A DNA stretch of 24,298 nt from contig JAGPFK010000001.1 of assembly GCA_018056585.1 (NCBI GenBank), positions 1 through 24,298 of the forward strand, in the 5' to 3' direction. Source of the stretch: Clostridia bacterium. GTDB lineage: Bacteria > Bacillota > Clostridia > Saccharofermentanales > UBA5734. The notes under the pieces were generated by a model that ran no database searches, was not told the DNA's origin, and saw only the letters and a program-made list of their open reading frames with translations. Shown piece by piece: positions 17,268 to 24,298 of this stretch. A program made the translations under genes and the position numbers. Every line of letters starts with the position of its first letter. Position 1 is the first letter of the stretch.

Positions 17268-19106
17268 ATGAGCGAGGGAAAAGTGGATCAAAGCGACATA
17301 CAAAACTTCATAGAGATGAATCATGTTTCTTACAGCTATCATCAGAACAGTCAGGATCCGTTGATTGCCGTTAATGACATCAGCCTCCATATTTCACGTG
17401 GCAATCATATTGCGATCCTTGGACGAAATGGTTCTGGGAAATCAACGCTTGCCAGACTGATCAATGCGTTGGAACAGCCAGAAAAAGGCGTTGTTTTGGT
17501 TGCCGGCATGAATACGGTGCAAGATGAGAACATCTGGGAAATTCGCCGCCTCTGTGGGATGGTTTTCCAAAATCCAGACAACCAGATCATTGGCACAACC
17601 GTAGAGGAAGATGTGGCTTTTGGACCGGAGAATCTTGGTTTTCCACAGCCGGAAATAAGAAAAGCCGTTGATGAAGCGTTAGCTTATGTGGGGCTTTCTG
17701 AAGAAGCGCAAAAACCCCCGCATTTGCTTTCAGGAGGGCAAAAACAAAAACTAGCCATCGCGGGTATTCTGGCCATGAAACCCGCCTGTCTGATCCTTGA
17801 TGAAGCAACCTCTATGCTTGATCCCATCAGCCGCCAGGAATTTATGCAATTGATTGAAGATCTTGTCCAAAACAGGGGTATGACGATCGTCAACATCACG
17901 CATCATATGGAAGAAGTGCTGATGGCTCAATGGACTTGTGTCATGTCTGCCGGCCGGATTGCAACGTACGGAACACCGGCCGAAGTTTTTGATCAAGTTG
18001 ACCTGGTTCGCCGGGAAGGCCTGGATGTTCCAACGCACACAGAAATAGCGCATGAAGTTTCTTTACTGCTTGAGCAACCTTTGTATCCGATGGAAGCGGC
18101 CGAATGGGATGGCGCGCAAAAGGCCGTTTTACGCCTTCTTCAGGAAGCCAGAAATAAGATAAAAACCAACGGCTGGCAGCCCTGCATCCCACCCTGGCCT
18201 CAAAAAGAATACAACGAAGACGCGCCGGTAATCATTTCTGTTCGCGACTTATCGTACACTTACGCGCCTGGAACAATCCTGGCAACAGAGGCCTTGTCAC
18301 AGGTCAGCTTTGATGTGAAAAAAGGTGAATTGTTTGGTATCATTGGACACACCGGATCCGGAAAGTCAACACTGATTCAACATCTGAACGGCTTGATCAG
18401 GGGCCCTAAGGGAAGCGTTATTGTGTTAGGCATGGACGCCTCGGTGAGCGCAGACATCAAGAAAATCAGGCAGCGCGTGGGCTTGCTTTTTCAATACCCC
18501 GAGCATCAATTATTTGAGGAAACGGTTTTTCAGGATATTGCATTTGGACCCAAGCAAATGGGATTAGATATGAATGAGATCGAAGCGCGTGTCCTTAAAG
18601 CCGCTCAAATCGTCGGCCTGACCAATGAAGAATTGGATCGCTCCCCGTTTGAATTGTCGGGCGGGGAAAAGAGGCGAGCGGCTATTGCCGGTGTGTTGGC
18701 TATGGAACCGGAGATTTTGATTTTGGATGAGCCGGCAGCTGGCCTTGATCCAGCCGGTCGTGATGAATTTCTTGGTTATGCGGATCGTCTTCGGTCCATG
18801 GGGGTTACGGTTATTCTTGTTTCACACAGCATGGAAGACATTGCCCGGCTGGCTGACCGTGTTCTCGTCCTGCGCCACGGAAAAGTTCACGCCTATGGAA
18901 AAACAGCCGATGTGTTCCGTGATGAAACCATTTTAAAAGCAGCCGGTTTGTCTTTGCCGCGCACCACTGCTTTTCTGCGTGATTTACAAAAGATCATTCC
19001 AAATTTGGACGATCAATGTTATGAGCCTGAACTGGCTGCCAGAAAAATTATAGAGGCTGGCCTTTGTGATTGCCTTAAGGATGGAAAGGATGTGCTGACA
19101 TGCTGA
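17268..19106 (+). CDS. ecfA: Energy-coupling factor transporter ATPase, fused EcfA-EcfA' (two ABC domains)
   Basis: Domain 1: GRNGSGKS, FQNPDNQ, LSGGQKQK, LILDE, ITHH. Domain 2: GHTGSGKS, FQYPEHQLF, LSGGEKRR, LILDE, VSHS. No stop between them. The track start at 17208 spans the terminator, so ATG 17268 or GTG 17283 is more likely. Confidence 0.93.
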   Translation: MSEGKVDQSDIQNFIEMNHVSYSYHQNSQDPLIAVNDISLHISRGNHIAILGRNGSGKSTLARLINALEQPEKGVVLVAGMNTVQDENIWEIRRLCGMVFQNPDNQIIGTTVEEDVAFGPENLGFPQPEIRKAVDEALAYVGLSEEAQKPPHLLSGGQKQKLAIAGILAMKPACLILDEATSMLDPISRQEFMQLIEDLVQNRGMTIVNITHHMEEVLMAQWTCVMSAGRIATYGTPAEVFDQVDLVRREGLDVPTHTEIAHEVSLLLEQPLYPMEAAEWDGAQKAVLRLLQEARNKIKTNGWQPCIPPWPQKEYNEDAPVIISVRDLSYTYAPGTILATEALSQVSFDVKKGELFGIIGHTGSGKSTLIQHLNGLIRGPKGSVIVLGMDASVSADIKKIRQRVGLLFQYPEHQLFEETVFQDIAFGPKQMGLDMNEIEARVLKAAQIVGLTNEELDRSPFELSGGEKRRAAIAGVLAMEPEILILDEPAAGLDPAGRDEFLGYADRLRSMGVTVILVSHSMEDIARLADRVLVLRHGKVHAYGKTADVFRDETILKAAGLSLPRTTAFLRDLQKIIPNLDDQCYEPELAARKIIEAGLCDCLKDGKDVLTC

Positions 19107-19900
19107 ACCAAGTGTCCCTCGGCCGTTATTATCCCGGCACATCAATCCTGCATCAGCTGGATCCGCGTGTCAAAATTATTTTGTCTTTTCTTTACATGGC
19201 GGTTGTTTTTATCGTTCAATCCTGGGTACCTATGCTGCTGCTCGGTGTTGCAACACTTTTTTTGATTTTTCTGTCCCGCGTTCCGTTTCGCTATGTTCTT
19301 TCTTCTATCAAACCCATTTTATTTATTTTAATCTTTGCCTTTGTTATTAATTTATTTTCTATCAAAGGGACCCCCATTGTTACGATCGGTCCTATTGTCA
19401 TTTCAGATAAAGGACTTTATACGGCGATCCGGATGGCTTTCCGGCTGATTTTCTTGATCATTGGCACCACGTTGTTTCTGACGCTGACAACCACGCCCAT
19501 TCTGGTGGCCGATGCCGTTGAAAGTTTATTGAAACCTCTGAGCAAAATTGGATTTCCGGCACATGAGATATCTATGATGATGTCCATTGCACTTCGATTT
19601 GTTCCAACGCTTCTGGAAGAAACAGATAAAATCATGAAAGCTCAATCCTCACGGGGCGCTGACTATGATACAGGCGGACTGATTGCGAAAGCCAAAGGCC
19701 TTGTTTCTATTTTAATTCCCTTATTTGTCAGCGCGTTCAAACGTGCAGAAGATTTGGCCATTGCCATGGAGGCACGCTGCTACCGAGGCGGAGAAGGCCG
19801 GACCAGACTGAAAGTTCTGCGCTGCGGAAAAAAAGATATTCTATTTGCTGTTTTCATGACCCTTTTGTGCCTGGTCATCATTCTCATACAATATCTGTAA
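19100..19900 (+). CDS. ecfT: ECF transporter transmembrane component T
   Basis: GRYYPG.S.LH.LDPR.K, ALRFVPTLLEETDKIMKAQSSRGAD and AMEARCY (the two conserved Arg motifs). Confidence 0.97.
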   Translation: MLNQVSLGRYYPGTSILHQLDPRVKIILSFLYMAVVFIVQSWVPMLLLGVATLFLIFLSRVPFRYVLSSIKPILFILIFAFVINLFSIKGTPIVTIGPIVISDKGLYTAIRMAFRLIFLIIGTTLFLTLTTTPILVADAVESLLKPLSKIGFPAHEISMMMSIALRFVPTLLEETDKIMKAQSSRGADYDTGGLIAKAKGLVSILIPLFVSAFKRAEDLAIAMEARCYRGGEGRTRLKVLRCGKKDILFAVFMTLLCLVIILIQYL

Positions 19901-19936
19901 TCGGACGATTGCTTGATCTGTTCTTTGTGCCTGGTC
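19864..19936. repeat. 13-bp perfect direct repeat TTTGTGCCTGGTC, copies 60 bp apart
   Basis: Copies at 19864-19876 (inside the ecfT 3' end) and 19924-19936 (spacer of the downstream promoter). Confidence 0.8.
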
Positions 19937-19942
19937 TATAAT
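19913..19942 (+). promoter_or_regulatory. Sigma-A type promoter upstream of the ROK kinase gene
   Basis: TTGATC at 19913-19918, 18-bp spacer, consensus TATAAT at 19937-19942. Confidence 0.7.
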
Positions 19943-19996
19943 AGTCATTGATCAGGTTTTGTTCCTGATATGAGAGAAGGTCCAGGAGGATATACC

Positions 19997-20974
19997 ATGA
20001 AATATTACATTGGCATTGATCTGGGCGGTACCAATATCAAGGCTGGTATCGTTGATGAAAAGGGTCAAATTATCTGTAAGCACAGTATGAAAACAAAAAC
20101 AAACCGGGATCAGTCTGAGATCATCCACGACATGGGCCTTTTAGCCTGTCATGTGACCGAAATGGCTCAACTGAAGGAAGAAGAAATTTGTGCGATTGGC
20201 ATCGGTTCCCCAGGCACGCCGGATAACAAAGCGGGTACCCTGATCTATGCCAATAATCTGCCTTTCCGGCATGCGCCCATGCGTCGTGGCATCAGAGCGG
20301 TTATCGATCGTCCGGTTTACATTGACAATGATGCCAATGTGGCCGCATTGGCTGAAAGCGTGGCCGGCGCCGCCAAAGGGACACAGCATTCCGTGACCAT
20401 TACATTAGGTACGGGTGTAGGAGGCGGTGTCGTGATTAACAAGCGGATTTACAGCGGATTTAACAATGCAGGTTGTGAAATCGGTCATATTGTGATAAAA
20501 GCAGGCGGTGAACCCTGTACCTGTGGCCGCAAGGGCTGTTTTGAGTCCTACGCGTCAGCCACAGCCCTGGCTCGTGAGACAGAGAGAGCCGCAAAGGCTC
20601 ATCCCGAATCCATTTTAAATGAACTGATTCAGAAAAATAAAGGCCGTGCAGACGGACGGACGGCCTTTATTGGCATGCGTCAAGGTGATTTGGTTGCAAC
20701 CAAAGTGGTGGACCAGTATATTGACATGCTGGCCGAAGGCCTTGCGAATGTCATCAACGGCTATATGCCGGAAGTCATTGCGCTGGGCGGAGGTGTTTGC
20801 AATGAAGGCGATGCTTTGCTGCTGCCTGTTCGTGAAAAAGCAATTGCCTTGGCGTATTTAGGAGAAGGTGTTGCCCAGCCACGCATCGAACTGGCTCAAA
20901 TGGGAAACGATGCGGGGATTGTTGGTGCCGCTATGATGGCCGCCGATTGCCTTGAAGACGGACTGCCCGGATGA
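19997..20974 (+). CDS. ROK-family sugar kinase (glucokinase-like)
   Basis: IGIDLGGTNIK, DNDANVAALAE, TLGTGVGGG, EIGH and the zinc motif CTCGRKGCFE. No N-terminal HTH, so kinase rather than repressor. Start moved from 19970 to ATG 19997 (SD AGGAGG). The substrate cannot be determined from sequence. Confidence 0.93.
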   Translation: MKYYIGIDLGGTNIKAGIVDEKGQIICKHSMKTKTNRDQSEIIHDMGLLACHVTEMAQLKEEEICAIGIGSPGTPDNKAGTLIYANNLPFRHAPMRRGIRAVIDRPVYIDNDANVAALAESVAGAAKGTQHSVTITLGTGVGGGVVINKRIYSGFNNAGCEIGHIVIKAGGEPCTCGRKGCFESYASATALARETERAAKAHPESILNELIQKNKGRADGRTAFIGMRQGDLVATKVVDQYIDMLAEGLANVINGYMPEVIALGGGVCNEGDALLLPVREKAIALAYLGEGVAQPRIELAQMGNDAGIVGAAMMAADCLEDGLPG

Positions 20975-20981
20975 CCTCTTT

Positions 20982-21830
20982 ATGTCAGACCTGAAGTCAT
21001 CTTTGTCTTTGGCGAAACAGAAAAAAATCGCCCTATTGACTGAATATGATGGATCTTTATTTTATGGCTGGCAATATCAACCGGAAAAGCGAACGGTTCA
21101 GAAAGTGCTGGCTGATGCTTTACTGGAACTGACAGGTGAAGAGCAAATACAGTTGGTGGGCTGCAGCCGAACGGACGCCGGTGTGCATGCGCGTGGTCAT
21201 GTCAGCCATTTCACAACGTTTTCACGTATTCCGGAAGATCGGTGGCCGCTTGCACTGAATCGAATTTTGCCTTCGGATGTCAGTGTGCGTGAAGCCGTCA
21301 TTACAACTAAAGCATTTCATGCGCGCCGTCATGCCTGTGGTAAAATCTATAGTTATCAGATTTTTAATGATCGCATCCGGCCGGCCATCAACCGACAATA
21401 CCTTACCCATGTCCCTGGAAAATTCGACTTGGATGCGATGATGCAGGCTGTGCCATACTTGATTGGAAGACATGATTTCAGGGCATTTTGTGATACCGGG
21501 AGTTCGGCCGTAACGACTGTCCGAACCATCAAAAAAATCCGTCTGCTCATCAGGGAACCTTATGTTCGCTTTTATTTTCAGGGCGATGGTTTCCTCTATC
21601 ATATGGTTCGTATTATGGTTGGCACATTGCTGGCTGTCGCTCAGAACAAGCTGGAAGCTGCAACTGTGGAACAAATTATTCAGACAAAAGATCGTCGTTT
21701 AGCAGGTAAAACCATGCCGCCGGAAGGATTGTGTCTTGAGCATGTTATCTATGAACCTGCTTTATTTTCTAAATGGCGGGAGCCGGTATCAGAAGAGGGT
21801 GAATTGGATGTCCAATATGAGATGGAGTGA
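20982..21830 (+). CDS. truA: tRNA pseudouridine(38-40) synthase
   Basis: EYDGS.F.GWQ.QP, catalytic SRTDAGVHA, G.HDF.AF, GDGFLYHMVRIMVGTL and P.GL.L motifs. Start is uncertain (TTG 20952 or ATG 20982). Confidence 0.97.
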   Translation: MSDLKSSLSLAKQKKIALLTEYDGSLFYGWQYQPEKRTVQKVLADALLELTGEEQIQLVGCSRTDAGVHARGHVSHFTTFSRIPEDRWPLALNRILPSDVSVREAVITTKAFHARRHACGKIYSYQIFNDRIRPAINRQYLTHVPGKFDLDAMMQAVPYLIGRHDFRAFCDTGSSAVTTVRTIKKIRLLIREPYVRFYFQGDGFLYHMVRIMVGTLLAVAQNKLEAATVEQIIQTKDRRLAGKTMPPEGLCLEHVIYEPALFSKWREPVSEEGELDVQYEME

Positions 21831-23271
21831 CCGAACCAATATGAGCCTTTTGACCGATTTTTATGAATTAACGATGTCTAAAGGCTATTTGGATCATCAT
21901 CTGGCTGAGACCATTGCTTATTTTGATTTGTTTTTCAGGACCATCCCTGAAAACGGAGGTTATGCGATCATGGCCGGTGTTGAGCAAATGATCGACTACC
22001 TTAAAGCCCTTCAGTTTACAGAAGAGGACTTGGAGTTTTTATCAAAAACCGGCTATTTCGATGAGCATTTTCTTGACTACCTGCGTCATTTCAAATTTTC
22101 ATGCGACGTCTGGGCCATACCGGAGGGAACTCCGATTTTTCCAAACGAACCGATTGTGAAAGTCCGTGGCCCGATCATTCAAACCCAAATGATTGAAACC
22201 ATGCTGCTTCTGACGATAAATCATCAAAGTCTCATTGCAACAAAAACGTCACGTATTGTCAGGGCAGCACAAGGACGCTCTGTTTTTGAATTTGGGGCCA
22301 GAAGAGCGCAGGGATGTGATGCTGCTGTGCTTGGTGCCAGAGCAGCTTATATCGCGGGCGCGAGTGGGACATCTTGTACAATTTGCGGCGAACAATTTGG
22401 CATTCCTTTAGTCGGCACCATGGCGCACAGCTGGGTTCAGGCGTTCGAATCAGAGTATGACGCCTTTTGTGCGTATGCTCGTTCCTTCCCGGACAGCACG
22501 ATCCTTCTTGTTGATACCTATAATGTGCTCAAGTCCGGAGTGCCCAATGCGATACGCGCAGCCAAGGACGTTCTGGAGCCTGCCGGGCACCGACTGCGTG
22601 GCATTCGCATTGACAGTGGCGACTTGACCTATTTGTCGGTTAAAAGTCGTGAGATGCTCGATCAGGCCGGTTTGACGGACTGTCGGATTACGCTCAGCAG
22701 CGCGCTGGATGAATATTTGATTTCCGATTTAATCCATCAGGGCGCGGCCGTTGATTCATTCGGTGTTGGTGAACGTTTGATCACATCAAGATCAGATCCT
22801 GTATTCGGTGGTGTTTATAAATTAGCGGCCATTGAAAAGGCGGGTCAGATTTTGCCGCGTATGAAAATATCCGAAAATGCAACAAAAATAACCAATCCAT
22901 GTTCTAAAGAAGTCTATCGCTTTTATGACTTAGCGACGGGGAAAGCCATCGCCGATCTGATCACACTTTCAGATGAAACAATTGATCCGTCACAGCCTTA
23001 TGAGTTGTTCGATCCCTTGCATATATGGAAGAGAAAAGTCGTTACGAATTACCGCGTCAGACGCTTGTTACAGCCCATCTTCATTTCCGGCCAGCTCGTG
23101 TATGAGCAAAAGCTCATCGATGAAATCAGGCGTTATTGCGCTGAGGAAATGGATTCGCTCTGGGATTCTGTTAAGCGTTTTGAAAATCCGCAAACATACT
23201 ATGTTGATTTGTCAAAGAAATTATGGGACATCAAAAATGAACTCCTTCATGCGAACAAGGAGTTGATTTAA
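21808..23271 (+). CDS. pncB: Nicotinate phosphoribosyltransferase
   Basis: LLTDFYELTM, EFGARRAQG, GTMAHSW, LVDTY, IRIDSGD, FGVGE and GGVYKL motifs. Start moved from 21736 to ATG 21808 (SD GAGGGTG); ATG 21841 is an alternative. Confidence 0.96.
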   Translation: MSNMRWSDRTNMSLLTDFYELTMSKGYLDHHLAETIAYFDLFFRTIPENGGYAIMAGVEQMIDYLKALQFTEEDLEFLSKTGYFDEHFLDYLRHFKFSCDVWAIPEGTPIFPNEPIVKVRGPIIQTQMIETMLLLTINHQSLIATKTSRIVRAAQGRSVFEFGARRAQGCDAAVLGARAAYIAGASGTSCTICGEQFGIPLVGTMAHSWVQAFESEYDAFCAYARSFPDSTILLVDTYNVLKSGVPNAIRAAKDVLEPAGHRLRGIRIDSGDLTYLSVKSREMLDQAGLTDCRITLSSALDEYLISDLIHQGAAVDSFGVGERLITSRSDPVFGGVYKLAAIEKAGQILPRMKISENATKITNPCSKEVYRFYDLATGKAIADLITLSDETIDPSQPYELFDPLHIWKRKVVTNYRVRRLLQPIFISGQLVYEQKLIDEIRRYCAEEMDSLWDSVKRFENPQTYYVDLSKKLWDIKNELLHANKELI

Positions 23272-23279
23272 TCATCAAG

Positions 23280-24233
23280 ATGGATGACGCTTTAATAAGC
23301 GAATCTCTTGCTTCAGGCCAGCAGTTGCGGCGCAGCGGTTCCCTGGACCCGTCCTGCAGAGATCAGATGAAAAAAAACAAAGACGGTTCCTGCTTGATCG
23401 ATGTGATCACAGCGGCCGATATGCGGGTGTTTATTGAAAATAAATCACTTGATCTTTATTCTTTACAATTCAAGGAATGCCCGATCGGTTTCGACGGCCG
23501 CACGATGGGTGGCCGAAATGGCGTGTTGACAACTGATGGAATCAGGTCAGCCCCTGATCCCAAAGCAGAGGAAAACGGATGCGCCGATCGCATCATGCGT
23601 GTTCAACCGGAAGATCAGGTGATCAAAACCGACGAGGGAGAAATACTTGAAATGACAGTCCGGATGAACATACCTGCTTTATCCGGGCAGAATCTTCGAT
23701 TCAATCGAAAGATCAGAATTTTGTTGTCCGGTTCTTCAATCCATTGGCAGGATACGGTGATCAATCCAACTTCTGAACCCGTATCCATGTTTTTGCTTTA
23801 TGATTTTAACTTTGGCGCTCCTTTCCTTGACCCGGCATTACAGATTTATTTCCCGCCTGGACAAGTCATCCCAAAGACAAAGGAGTCAGAAAAAGGCCTT
23901 TCGGAATACAATCAGATGGGTGAGCCTATAGACGGTTGCCCGGAACAGGTTTTCCTGCATCTGCCGCTGCCTGACAGTCAGGTGGAAAAGAAAGTCCAGC
24001 TGGTTCGTTCCGATCTTCAGATTGCTTTGGTTTTATCCTGGTCTTCTGAAACACTTCCCTTTTTGGTTCAGCGTAAAAGGTTGAAAACCGGCGATTATGC
24101 ATTGGGGATTCAGTTGGCCGCAAGCCAGATAGAAAGACAAGCCAGAAAAGGGGAGGATGAATCTTTCCAGGAGCTCAAGCCTTTTGATCAGAAGGCCTAT
24201 CATTTGAGTCTTGAGCTTTTGTCTTTGACCTGA
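23280..24233 (+). CDS. DUF4432-like protein (galactose mutarotase/aldose 1-epimerase fold), divergent
   Basis: Pattern similarity to the recalled DUF4432 consensus: SLDLYSLQFK, D.V.N......M.LY..NFG.PFL, and LPFLVQ.K....GDYALGI. No strong SD. Family assignment is from memory and needs an HMM search. Confidence 0.7.
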   Translation: MDDALISESLASGQQLRRSGSLDPSCRDQMKKNKDGSCLIDVITAADMRVFIENKSLDLYSLQFKECPIGFDGRTMGGRNGVLTTDGIRSAPDPKAEENGCADRIMRVQPEDQVIKTDEGEILEMTVRMNIPALSGQNLRFNRKIRILLSGSSIHWQDTVINPTSEPVSMFLLYDFNFGAPFLDPALQIYFPPGQVIPKTKESEKGLSEYNQMGEPIDGCPEQVFLHLPLPDSQVEKKVQLVRSDLQIALVLSWSSETLPFLVQRKRLKTGDYALGIQLAASQIERQARKGEDESFQELKPFDQKAYHLSLELLSLT

Positions 24234-24258
24234 TGTGAGTCATCAAAGGGGTTCTGAT

Positions 24259-24298
24259 GTGAAAGAAAAAATATTATCTTTACTGCGATCGGAGGAAC
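24259..24298 (+). CDS. 5' fragment of an unidentified gene (MKEKILSLLRSEE...), truncated by the window edge
   Basis: SD AAAGGGG 7 nt before GTG 24259, with the frame open to the end. Thirteen codons are too few to assign; both BirA and RNase R N-termini in Clostridia can begin this way. Confidence 0.5.
   Translation, partial: MKEKILSLLRSEE

Noticed and set aside
19997-20974. ROK protein as a transcriptional repressor
   Set aside because: It begins directly with the kinase IGIDLGGT motif and has no N-terminal helix-turn-helix.
21736-21807. Long upstream extension of pncB in the ORF track
   Set aside because: It would overlap truA by 95 nt; a good SD supports ATG 21808.
24259-24298. Calling the last fragment birA or rnr
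   Set aside because: Thirteen codons fit either N-terminus, so no symbol is supportable.

Overview
Core-genome window from a clostridial Firmicute. The L23, L22 and L17 expansions and S4 retained in the alpha cluster suggest Clostridia of the Acetivibrio/Saccharofermentans type; this is inference from recalled homologues, not a database search. All supported genes are on the + strand. Order: the 3' end of a PdaA-like polysaccharide deacetylase, a 630-bp gap with a sigma-A promoter and structured leader, then the complete S10-spc-alpha ribosomal protein supercluster (rpsJ to rplQ, including secY, adk, map, a KOW-domain protein, infA, rpoA, and rpmJ, which the ORF track missed). It is followed by a fused tandem ECF ATPase, ecfT, a ROK-family kinase with its own promoter, truA, pncB, a divergent DUF4432-like (mutarotase-fold) protein and the first 13 codons of another gene. 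I see no mobile element, CRISPR array, tRNA or rRNA, and no clearly new multi-gene system. The best leads are three expansions in exit-tunnel-side 50S proteins, the fused EcfA-EcfA', a paired D/R loss in the S8 N-terminal helix, a possibly inactive DUF4432 protein, and several structured intergenic RNAs.
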